A stretch of 64,000 bases of DNA from Pristiophorus japonicus (taxonomy: Eukaryota): the NCBI RefSeq assembly GCF_044704955.1, contig NC_091999.1, forward strand, positions 38,192,001 through 38,256,000, in the 5' to 3' direction. This document shows positions 1-9,935 of the stretch, one piece after another. Position 1 is the stretch's first letter, and every line of letters starts with the position of its first letter. The translations under genes were made by a program, and so were the position numbers. The notes under the pieces were generated by a model. It was not told where the DNA came from, made no database searches, and worked only from the letters and a program-made list of their open reading frames with translations.

Positions 1-105
1 AGGATAGGACGCGGGAAGAATAAATTTCATGGAAATAAAACAAATTGTGATAGGGAAATAGAACATGTGAAGGAGCCTTGGAGTAAGGAGTTCAGCAAAG
101 TCCAA

Positions 106-134
106 TTTATTCCATTTGCCATTGCAGTTTTATT
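106..134 (-). terminator. Candidate polyadenylation signals for the membrane-form transcript
   Basis: Two AATAAA hexamers on the minus strand (106-111, 129-134), ~410 nt downstream of the TM2 stop. Confidence 0.5.
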
Positions 135-543
135 AACAATTTCACAGAGAACAATTTACAGAGAAGGTTTTCAAAAGTTCACACAAATTGAATATAACAA
201 ATGAGCGTCACATTAATACCAGAACACAGTCGGTCTGAGCTGCCAGCTATCTGTACAACTCTAACAGACAGCAGGGAGAGAAACAGATGTTCAACACCAA
301 GGGAAGGGAATAATTGTGAATCATGAATGATAAAATGACTTATGTACACATGAGATATTCAAACAATTGTTTAACTCCGAGATACATTTACATTATAGCC
401 ACGGTTATCTCACACATTTCAAACAGAGAAATGAAAAAGTTGAAGGCAATTGACTCCGGGAATCACCAAGAGGACATAATTTATTTTCAAGACACAGTTA
501 ACAACCAGAGGAGAAAAATCCACAGCGGCCGAAATTCAGTCAA

Positions 544-552
544 TCACTTGAC
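544..552 (-). pseudogene. IGHM: IgM TM2 exon, coding part (VK*)
   Basis: Minus strand reads tttaacag|GTC AAG TGA, the canonical completion of the KVK cytoplasmic tail. Confidence 0.85.
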
Positions 553-690
553 CTGTTAAAGAGGGATAAAAGTTTGAAGCAGCGTTTTAGTGATTTGGCG
601 CATTAATTTCAGGGTTGTTATCAATGAAACATTTAGAGATTTGTCAAACCTCTTCAATCAACTCGAACTGAGTGCATTGAATCTTCTCAC

Positions 691-818
691 CTTCACCAGA
701 GTGATGGCAGCGCTGTAAGAAATGCTCAGGAAGAACAAGATGATGAATGTGGAAGCGGTTGTCCAGATGTTGCTGCTCTCGTCCTCACACTCTTCACTCC
801 AGATGTGGTCTGAGGAAT
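691..818 (-). pseudogene. IGHM: IgM TM1 exon
   Basis: ccgtag acceptor and gtgag donor. Translates (D)SSDHIWSEECEDESSNIWTTASTFIILFFLSISYSAAITLVK with the antigen-receptor transmembrane motif. The frame is open. Confidence 0.93.
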
Positions 819-1456
819 CTACGGGATGTAGGGAAGGAAATATATTCAGATCGTTTGTTAATCCAAGATCTCATCTTATTATTACGTATTCTATTTTCTT
901 TCTTTAAGGTGTTAGTTTGTTCTCTATTTTAATGTTCAATGTATGCCCTGTGTTAAGTTAATCACGCTCACTAATCTATCTGTGTTCCTAATTCCACAGT
1001 CGTTCCTTCTTTATGATCCTTCTATAGTCGGTTTTGGAAAATATGACAGTTTTCCTTCAATGTTACAGGCTAATTGATTTTGCATCAATTCCATAGGATT
1101 TACCATTCGGGAATAGTATGATGTAATATCGAGGGAACTATACTGAATGATATCGATTAATTTAACAATAGCTTCAGATAGCTAATTATTCGGAGGCTGT
1201 CAAAGGGACAGGGTAAGACATCAGATGTGAGTTATAATCTGGATTAATTTGTGGTAGTCAAGGTTCTGAACATAATTAATTTGCATGAGTTTCCAACTAA
1301 GAACTTTGATTCAGTTTGTGTGCAGGACCAGAATATAGGAATGTAAGATATTATGGTATCAGAAATGATTTATTTAATACAATCGTTGCAGACTGTCTGT
1401 TCAAAGAATTTATTTTAATTCTATGTTCGTCTGTTACCTGACGTATTTTTTGCACT

Positions 1457-2090
1457 TTAGTGTTTGTGTATGTGTGTATGACGATCTCTTCTTTTGGTGT
1501 TGTCTGTGTTTGTGTGTTGATGTGTATTGATATGTAAGTTTGAATGTTTTAATGTGTCATTCCATATATGTATATTTATGTGTAAGTGTTTGTGATTTTT
1601 TGTAAGTTTGTGTATGTTTACATGTAAGCCTTTGTGTGTATATATGCAATTTTTTGTGGTTATGCTTAAATATGTGTGTTCTTTGTAAGTACGTTCATGT
1701 ATGTGTTTTAATGTGTTTGTGTATGGATATGTGTAAGTGTTGTGTATGTTTATGGGTAAGAATGTGTGCATTTATGTGTAACTGTGTATGTTCGCATGTA
1801 AATGTGTGTGTGTGTTATCCGTTAGTTAGTTTGTGTTGAATATGTGTTTATGCGAGTTTAAGTGTGTGTGTTTGTGTGTGTGTGTGTGTGTGTTCGTGCT
1901 TCTGTTTTATTAAAGGGTGTGTTTATTTTTGCTGTCATATTAATGGTGCTGTGGTTCTGACAATGACAGTGTGTATTATATTCTGGGTATGCGTAATATC
2001 TTGTGTCAGTGTGTCAATGTGTGTGTTTATGTGTAAGTCGCTGTGTGTTTATGTGTAAGTCCGTGTTGTGTTTATGTGTAAGTGTGAACT
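1457..2090. repeat. TG-rich low-complexity / degenerate (TG)n tract
   Basis: Visible TG/TA dinucleotide composition, which generates Cys/Val/His-rich spurious ORFs. Confidence 0.9.
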
Positions 2091-2209
2091 TCCACAAAAA
2101 CATACACTACTAACGTTTACACGCATTCTTCCTCGCTCTGTGTAAATGTGTTCAGTGTGAGACACAATGTGACATCAGCCGACGGAATACAACAACTCAA
2201 TCGATGAGC

Positions 2210-3210
2210 ATCTCTCTCTGGTGGCATTGAGGGGTACAATGAGTTAACAATTGCCCTTTGCCCTCTCGCTTGTGCGGAAGTCGGATACATTGGGTTAACA
2301 ATTGCAGATTCCCCTCACTATGCTGGGGTAGTGGGCGGGACAGTAAGTTAACAATTGCCCTTTCCCCTCTCTCTGGTGGGGAAGAGGGTTTACATCATCA
2401 TAGGCAGTCCCTCGCAATCAAGGAAGACTACTTCCACTCTTAGCATGATTTGTTAGGTGGCTGTTCAGTCCAATAGGGAACCACAGTCTCTGTCACAGGT
2501 GGGAAAGACCGTGGTTGCGGGAAGGGGAAGATTTTACAGGTTTGCCGCACGTTCCTTCCACTGCCTGCGCTTGATGTCTGAATGCTCTTGGCGACGAGAG
2601 ACGAGGGGCTCAGCGTCCTCCCGGATGTACTTCCTCCATTTAGGGCGGTCTTTGGCCAGGGACTCTCAAGTGTCAGTGGGTATGTCGCACTTTATCAGGA
2701 GGCTTTGAGGTCGCTTGTAACGTTTCCCCTGCCCACCTTTGGCTCATTTGCCATGGACGAGTTCCGAGTAGAGCGCTTGCTTTGGGAGTCTAGTGTCTGG
2801 TGTGCAGACAATGTGGCCGGCCCAGAGCAGCTGATCAAGTGTGGTCAGTGCTTCGCTGCTGGGATGTTGGCCTGGACAAGGACGCTAATGTTGGCGCGTC
2901 TGTCCTGCCAGGGAACTTGTAGAATCTTGCAGAGACGGAGTGAGGTTACAGTGGATTAACAATTGCCGTTTCCCCTCACTCTGGTGGGGCAGTGGGAAGT
3001 ACAGTGGGTTCAGAATTGCCATTTCACCACTCTTTGGTACGGCAATGGCGTTACAGTGGGTGAATAATTGCCCTTTCATCTCTCTCTGGTAGTGCAGTGG
3101 GAGGTACAGTTGGTTCAGAATTGCCCTTTCACCTCTCTGGTGGGGTAGTGGGAGGTACAGGGGTATAACAATTGCGATTTCACCTCTCTCTGGTGGGGCG
3201 ATGGGAGATA
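2210..3210. repeat. ~53-bp minisatellite (tacagtgggttaacaattgccctttcccctctctctggtggggcagtgggagg), split by an RTE insertion
   Basis: The unit recurs at 2210-2390 and 2940-3210. Confidence 0.85.
2393..2937 (-). mobile_element. RTE-clade (BovB-like) LINE 3' fragment
   Basis: The minus strand encodes a degenerate RTE ORF C-terminus (LDQLLWAGHIV..PDTRLPKQALYSEL..DRPKWRK) and ends in an (ATG)n tail. Confidence 0.75.
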
Positions 3211-3597
3211 CAGTTCGTGTTCGTGTGTGGACCTCATTTCAGATCCCAGAGTGTGCGATGCTGCCAAATAAAACTGGCCCCAAATCTGAAGGGATGGACA
3301 ACACGAGAAACAAGGGCACCGAGATATAAATGTACAGCATTTGTTTATCGGGAAATAGAACTATGCAGATTCTCCCAGTGGGACGAAAGTTGCTGAAATG
3401 ACTTTGAGGTATCCTGTCATTAAAGAGCTTCTCTTTGTCTCCAACCTATATATGAGCTGAGAGCGCTGAATGTACCAGCTTTGGCCACAAGTCCGACAAA
3501 TATTCTGCTTCAGATTAACAGCCCGCCGCTTGGCTAAAATAGGAAACAATATTAATTGAGCGGCTGTGTGTGTAACTCACGATTGGAAGAAAAGGCC

Positions 3598-3613
3598 TTT
3601 ATTGTTTTTTATT
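3598..3613 (-). terminator. Polyadenylation signals of the secreted-form transcript
   Basis: Two AATAAA on the minus strand 30-45 nt after the secretory stop. Confidence 0.7.
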
Positions 3614-3641
3614 TAAGAACTGAAAGGCAATCGAGAGATTT

Positions 3642-4024
3642 TCATTGATAAGAATTGATGTTGTCCATCAGAACAAGGGAAATATTCACAAAACTGGGTT
3701 TACCTCTGGATTTATTGACGGTTCTGTTGGTGATCTTCAAGGAGATCGCTTCATGTCCAACCACACAGGAGTAAGAGGCGCCGCTGGCCCACTCGTTGGC
3801 TGCAATGGATAGCAGGCTGTACACAAAGAATGATCTGCTGCCATTCTCCGCCATCACCTCAGTGTTCTTGTAGTTGACCGGCTTGTCCTTGACGGTCCAT
3901 TTGACGAAGATCTCTCGGGGGGAGAAACCTCTCACTAAGCAGGTGAGGCTGACCAACCTCTGAGCAGAGACTTCTTCTGCCGAGGGCAGGAGGACAGAAA
4001 CGGCTGCTTCCCATGGATCTTTCG
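3642..4024 (-). pseudogene. IGHM: IgM Cmu4 exon plus secretory tail (internal donor for TM splicing after 3704)
   Basis: ctacag acceptor. Open frame [33 protein letters not shown]...YSCVVGHEA...KSR|[20 protein letters not shown]. The G|GTAAAC donor joins in frame to TM1. Confidence 0.95.
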
Positions 4025-4905
4025 CTGTAGAACAGTTACAATAAAGGCCAATGAACTGGACAGTTCCAGAGAAAATGGTGGGAGTTTTAATCTAATAAAA
4101 CAGGCGTATTGAGGTTGTGAGGGTGATTAAATTGGTAAAAATCGGAATCCCGACATCAACCCGACCACTCCTGGTTGCAATATTTTATTTGAATAATATA
4201 TTTATAGGAGGCTGGAATCCTCTATTTTAACCTCTATTCGGTTTTTAACTGTAGCTGGTCCGGCTAGACATACTGTGTAAATCCCAGCAGTTACAGCTGC
4301 ACCCAGGTGGTTATTGCCCTTACACCTCCCTCCTGGATCCAGGGTCCCTGCCTAACCCACCCCCCGCGATCCGAGAGCTTCTCACTCGGATTTCAATCCT
4401 CCTCTTCTCCCGGGTGGCCTGTGAGACCACCACCACCAACTCGCCTTCTCCGTTTAAATTCGCCAATGTCCCGTAGTTACACGTCAGAGAAATATGCTCT
4501 TCGTTGACATTTAACGCTTTATTATTTCCCCTCTGGGGCCTCTCTGGTTTACCATCCCGCAGCAGAGTGAACATAATCTTTCTCTCTGAAATCTTGAAGG
4601 GTTAGACTTGAATTTACTGCACAGATCAAGGCGATTTGGCCAACCGGTCTATGCCTGTGTTTATGCTCCATACAAGCCTCAACCTGACTCAGTTCATCTA
4701 ACGCTAATAACATACCCTTCTATTCCTTTATCGCTCATGGACTTATCCAGTTTCCCCTAAAATACATAACCTCAGGTCAAAGAGTGGGATTACCAAACTG
4801 AATGATCAGAGTAGCCATTAAGCACTTTATGTAATGAATTGGCCCTTGAACATGCACCGGAAATATTCACAGTGTCTGACTTATTGCAACAGTCTCCCCG
4901 CTCAC

Positions 4906-5203
4906 CCTTTTCCTTGTGGATAGAATCTCTGATAGGAGTCGGCATATCCTGCTGGCTCACCACGCAGTAGAACTTATCCCCACTCAGCGAGTCTTGTGTC
5001 GAGATGTTTAAGTTGCTGATCACTATGTTGGGATCCTCACCGGGTTGGACGGCAATCTCTGATTTCAAAGCCTCCTTTTCTCTGGTCCAGGTAACGGTGA
5101 GCCCATAAGGAGCGTCAGACACGACGCAGGTTAAGGTCACCGTCGCCTCCCGTAAGTCCTGTGCCAGTGACTGTGATTTTTGAATCGCTGCATGGGACAT
5201 CCA
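4906..5203 (-). pseudogene. IGHM: IgM Cmu3 exon, frameshifted near 5168
   Basis: The acceptor frame reads [12 protein letters not shown], but the Ig domain ([14 protein letters not shown]...FYCVVS...HKEK) continues in another frame. The exon is 298 nt, not a multiple of 3, and ends at a gtgag donor. Confidence 0.92.
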
Positions 5204-5909
5204 CTGCAAAACAGGAATGAAAGTCAGGAAAAGCTGCATCTTCAGAATCAGGACACAATATTTAGCCTTAACTCGTTCAAGGGGGCTAAATCACTTTTGA
5301 GATAGCAACCTCTCGCTGTTGCTTTAACACCGACGTTATTGGAAGGACAATGAATTGGCAACGATTCGGGGAGATCTGTAACATTTCCTGTGTATTTGCT
5401 GCCAGAGTCACCTGTAATTGGCTGTGAAGCAAATAACCAGCGTAAAACGGGAATACATTGTGGTGCAATTGTGTTAGGCACTGAATAGCGCTCTTCCTGA
5501 AATCCCTTGCTCCTTTATACCCATCTATAGATCCTTGCATCCAAACGCATCTCCGCTGGTTGTAATAGTGAAGCCCAAATAGCCCGAAGGTCAAGAGGTC
5601 TACACCAGCATTACTCTCGTTCGAAACAAGTGTCAATTTAATTTCAGGATTTATGGGACAACAGGAAACAAAGCTAAGTTTCTGGTCACTTGCTGTGATC
5701 TTTATTGCGGTGAAAATGTGCAGGAACCAGTCACAGCCCCCGTCAGAGGAGAGGTGCAAGGTCCGGAGAATGGAGTTCCAAAGGGTCTTTTGTGGTGGGG
5801 CATCATTTTTAATGATGTGAGGTAGTTTGTTAATTTCTGTCATTACTGAACATTTATCATGTCTGGTGAGAGAGAGTCAGAGTTAAATATGACCTCAGGG
5901 CATTAATAG

Positions 5910-6430
5910 CAACATAGGAACAGGAGGAGGCCATTCATCCCATCTATCCTCTCCCGCAATCCAGTTATATCAGGGCTGATCTACACTCAACACCATCTTC
6001 ACGCCTTGGTTCTGTAACCCTTGATAATCTTGCCTAACAAAAATCTATCAATCTCACTTTTCAACTTTTCAATTGAAACCAAGCTTCAGCAGCTTTTGGG
6101 GAGGGAAATCCAGACTTTCTGTGAAGAAATCCTTCCTGACATCACTTCTGCACGATCCAGCTCTAACTTTAAGATTCTGCTATTTGTACTGGACTTTTCC
6201 AACAAAGGAAATAATTGTTCTACATCTACTTGATTAATTGTATTTATCTACTTGAACACCTCAATTGTATCACCTCTTAATATTTTCTACTCGTCTCCTC
6301 ATCATTTTATTTTATTAGTCCCGGTATAATTCGGGTAAACCTGAACTTTATCGCCTCCATGACCAGTATATCCTTCCTGAGGTGCGGAGCCCAGAATTGG
6401 ACTCAGCGCTCTGAATAGGGTAGATGCCCA
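5910..6430 (-). mobile_element. Old CR1-like LINE 3' fragment
   Basis: Degenerate similarity to the CR1 3' ends elsewhere in the window (aacataggaacaggaggaggccatt...cccagaattgg). Confidence 0.6.
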
Positions 6431-6609
6431 TTCCAACAGTGGGTTCCAGGACAGTTAGCAGTAAAGGGTTCCAGACTCCGACTGCCACTCCGTATATGAT
6501 CAGCCAACTCAGGATAAACCTGAGAATAAGGGCACGTTACTCACTGCCTGAAATCAGAGCAGGGGGAAAGCTTCGTTGGCGAGTTTATTAAATCCTGAAC
6601 AATGAGGAA

Positions 6610-7035
6610 TCCTGAACCAGAAGATCGTGGGTTGAAGTCCCACTCCAGATACTTGATCACAAAATGTAAGCTGAGATTCCCAGTGCAGTACTGGGGGCGT
6701 GGTGCACTATCGGAGGTGCCGTCTTTCGGATCACGTGTTAAACCGAGGATCCGTCTGGCCTCAGGTGGACGTAAACGTTCCCCTGGAATTATTTCAATGA
6801 AAAGCCGAGGAGTTCTCCCTGGTGGCCTGGGAATATTTATAGCTCAAAAAACACCACTAAGCAAAATATAATCTGGTCATTATCACACTGCTGTTTGTGG
6901 GAGATTGCTGTGCACTAAATGATTGCTGCACGTTGTACATTACAACTGTGATCACATTTCACAAATTAATTCATTGGCTGGCAAGCGATTTGGTTCAGAC
7001 TAAGGTAGCTAAAGGCGCTGTTTCTAGGCAAGTTT
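6610..7035 (+). mobile_element. DeuSINE (SacSINE1-like) element
   Basis: tRNA-like B-box remnant (gggttgaagtcccactcc), then the Deu core ggaggtgccgtctttcggat..ttaaaccgagg, then an L2-like tail. Confidence 0.75.
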
Positions 7036-7169
7036 GTAATCACAATAATACACAAACTGCATGATTGGAAATTAGGAACAGTTCGGTGCTTTTTACTAAT
7101 TTCAATAAAAGTCCTGACTGAGATCAACGCTCAGAATGGTCTGTAACCTCCTGGGATTGTACCTCTTAC

Positions 7170-7487
7170 CCGGAGATCTGATGAAGTTACGGCTTTGCGT
7201 GACCCCTTCATGAGTGACCTGGCAGGTGTAGACCGAGCCGGTGAACCATTCCTCGGCGGGGACTGTCAGCCGACTGGCCGCCGAGAAGTTCCCGTTCACC
7301 TCAAATACGGGAGAGGTGACGGAGCCCGAATCTAGGAGTTGTCCACTCTCCAGCCAATTCACGGTCAGTGACTTTGGCCGGAAATCGATGATTGAACACA
7401 CGGCGCTTGCATATCTGCTGCTGGTGATTTGTTCAGTAGAACTCAGCGTGAGGAGAACAGTTGGAGGGATGATGTCGCGTTCAGGAT
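7170..7487 (-). pseudogene. IGHM: IgM Cmu2 exon (open frame)
   Basis: ttgaag acceptor and gtaag donor, 318 nt. Translates [45 protein letters not shown], a C1-set Ig domain. Confidence 0.93.
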
Positions 7488-7604
7488 CTTCAAGAGAAGA
7501 CAAATTATTGACAATGCTTGCAAAATCAATCATTAAGAAATGCAAAGTGTCCTTATATTTTAACAGGTTCTTCGCTGTCAGACTAACACTAACCTGGCAT
7601 TTAC

Positions 7605-8060
7605 AGAGAGCAGAACTGTGCATAGTCTTCTCAGTGTGATCTGAAGACCGGAACTGTGCATAATATTCTTAGTATGATCTGGAGACCAGAACGTTACACG
7701 GTATTCCAAGAGTGATTAGGAGACCAAAACTGTAAACAATATTCTTAGTATGATATGGAGACCTGAACTGTGGACAGTATTCTAAATGTGATATGGAAAC
7801 CATAACTGTGCATAATATTTTAAGTATGATAGGGAGACCAGAACTATACACAGTATTTTAATTGTGATATGGGAGACCAGAACGGTGCACAGTATTATAA
7901 GTGCGATAGGGAGACCAGAACTATACACAGTACTCTAAGTGTGATATGGAGAACAGAACTGTACACAGCATTCCAAGTGTAATATGGAGACCAGAACTGT
8001 ACACAGCACTCTAAGTGTCGTCTAACCAAATTTCTGTCCAAGTTGAACATACCTTCTCAT
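7605..8060 (-). repeat. ~38-bp minisatellite (~11 copies) derived from CR1 ORF2 sequence
   Basis: The unit ggagaccagaactgtacacagtattctaagtgtgatat is the reverse complement of CR1 HLEYCVQFWSP codons. The last copy runs on into adjacent CR1 sequence. Confidence 0.85.
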
Positions 8061-8096
8061 CTTATCACAGTTTGCCCTGTATCCCACATCACTAAC

Positions 8097-8284
8097 CTAG
8101 CATTGTGATGGCCTAGAACGACACACCACGTCAAACCTCGCAGTAGATTGTGCTGCTGCACACCTCTGACTCGGTGATGGTTAACCGGCTCTTTTTCGTT
8201 CTTCCAGGAAAGGCTGATGATTTTATCTTTCTTTCAGGAAAAGCTGGTGATTTTTGGTTAGTAGTCCATCGCCAAACAGCGGAA
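8097..8284 (-). pseudogene. IGHM: IgM Cmu1 exon remnant (5' truncated, internally deleted, multiple stops)
   Basis: Minus strand reads FRCLAMDY*PKITSFS*KKDKIISLSWKNEKE, then SRLTITESEVCSSTIYCEV*RGVSF*AITML, followed by a gttag donor. Confidence 0.85.
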
Positions 8285-8861
8285 GCAGTTTCTCCCTACT
8301 CAGCGCACTGTGATCTGGGCTCTATTCCATTCTATTGAATGGACGTTTCTTGAGTTTCCTCCTTCCTCCCACTCAATAAATAATTCGAATTAAATACCAT
8401 TCCAAAATCCGGTTAATTGGAAGTTTCTCCTTAAAACGGCCCATTTCAATTCCCATTGTAGTACTTGTTATATAACAATGACCTGGACTTGGTTATAGAG
8501 AATCCATCTTGAAGTCCGAAGATGAAGCAAAACATGGCTACGTAGCCAATAGTGAGCATGATAGTAACAGACTTGAAGAGGAATCAGAGAGACGAGTGAA
8601 ATGGGCAGGGACATGGCAGGTGCAATTTAATGCGGATAATTGAGAAGCGGTGCACTTTGGGTGGAACATGGAGAGGCAGTATCATCTAAATAGTATTGTT
8701 TTGAGGGGATACAAAAACAAAAATATCTGGATATTGCACCCGTGTCAATATTACTAAAAATGTTCGGAAATGCTCACTGAAAGCCGAATTGTATGCGTTT
8801 GTATGTGGGGTTGGGGTTGAAGCCCAGATTCTCAACGAGACAGAATCCAGACTCTCACAGG

Positions 8862-8943
8862 ACCAGGATAGCCGAATGGTTGAGGCGTTGGCCTTAAAAT
8901 TCAATGGGTTTTTCCCGCGTGGGTTCGTACCCAACTCCTGGTA
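8862..8943 (+). tRNA. trnL-TAA: tRNA-Leu(TAA), probable pseudogene
   Basis: ACCAGGA...TCCTGGTA acceptor stem, TAA anticodon and long variable arm. Substitutions in the D arm, anticodon stem and T loop. Confidence 0.8.
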
Positions 8944-9668
8944 TCTCTTTAATTTAACACGGATTTCCTCCCATTCTGATCAGTGAGACCGGATTTTCAT
9001 CGGTTGAATCAGCAAATTTCTGTAACAATGTGACACTCTGAACCGATAATGAAATGAAATTGTGAAATGTATCTGTGTCGCTCGGTCTCTGCCTCTCTCT
9101 CTCTCTTCAGAGTGTTGTGCATATGTTTGAGTCTTTGTCTCTCTCTGTCTGTCCCTGTTTCTCTGTTTATCTCTGTCTCTCAATCTGTCTCTTTCTCACG
9201 GTGCCACGTCTGTTCCAATGGGATTCTCTCAGACTCTTTGCCTGACTGGCTCTCTCTTTCCCATCATTTCGGTCTGTCCATGTCTTTGCCTGTCTCTGTT
9301 AGTCCCTGCCTGTAAGCTGAGAAGTATTTCCATCATTTTCTGTTTTAGTCTCTATCGCTCTCTCTCAATCTGTCTCTCTCCTTGTCACTGTCTTTATCAT
9401 TGTCTTTCTCTCATTCTTTCCCTCTCTCTCTTAATAGATCACACACACACATCTCTGTATATGTATATGTTTGAGTCTTTTTCTCACTCAGTCTGCCTCT
9501 CCTTCTCAGTCTCACACTTTCTGTCTCTCGTTGTCTCTATCTCGCTGTCCGTCTCTCCCTGTTTGTCGGTTTGTCTCTGTCTCTCAATGTGTCTGTCGAC
9601 TTCTCATGGTGTCCAATTCTGTTCACACTGGCTCGATTCCTGCTCTGACAAAACTGGCACTCGACAGT

Positions 9669-9740
9669 TCCTCGTTAGTATAGTGGTGAGTAACCCCGCC
9701 TGTCACGCGAGAGACCGGCGTTCAATTCCCCGACGGAGAG
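9669..9740 (+). tRNA. trnD-GTC: tRNA-Asp(GTC), best-preserved tRNA in the array
   Basis: 72 nt, about five substitutions from the recalled vertebrate Asp-GTC sequence. The GTC anticodon is intact, with mismatches in the anticodon and T stems. Confidence 0.88.
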
Positions 9741-9935
9741 GCAGTTGTTTCAAAATATAGAATTTTACTTCTGTTTCTTGGTAGAGATTCATATTAAAAA
9801 GTTCCAGAGCAAGAAAGAACTGTAAAGGTACATGTAGAAGATAGAGCCTCTTCCAGATTTTTAGCAAACGGAGACTTTTTCACGATTCTTTGGCCGTCTG
9901 CTGCACAGAGATGGATGACTGAGTTTTTTCTGAGT

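Larger units (their letters stand above)
544..8284 (-). pseudogene. IGHM: Shark-type IgM heavy-chain constant-region pseudogene (Cmu1 remnant-Cmu2-Cmu3-Cmu4/Sec-TM1-TM2)
   Basis: Six exons in canonical order, with AG/GT sites at all intact boundaries. Translations match recalled horn/nurse shark mu chain motifs ([81 protein letters not shown]). Cmu1 has stops and Cmu3 has a frameshift. Confidence 0.93.

Noticed and set aside
4320-4574. ORF containing HISLTC as an extra Ig exon
   Set aside because: No Trp or second Cys at Ig spacing and no convincing splice sites; it is intronic sequence.
5286-5843. 185-aa minus-strand ORF in the Cmu2-Cmu3 intron
   Set aside because: No recognisable domain or exon boundaries; likely a chance ORF.
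3642-7487. Assignment of the Ig exons to IgNAR or IgW
   Set aside because: Four C domains and the specific motifs ([29 protein letters not shown]) match recalled shark mu chains, not IgNAR.
7605-8060. Intronic repeat as an Ig class-switch region
   Set aside because: It is not rich in AGCT or G clusters, derives from CR1, and lies between Cmu1 and Cmu2. Sharks lack conventional switch regions.
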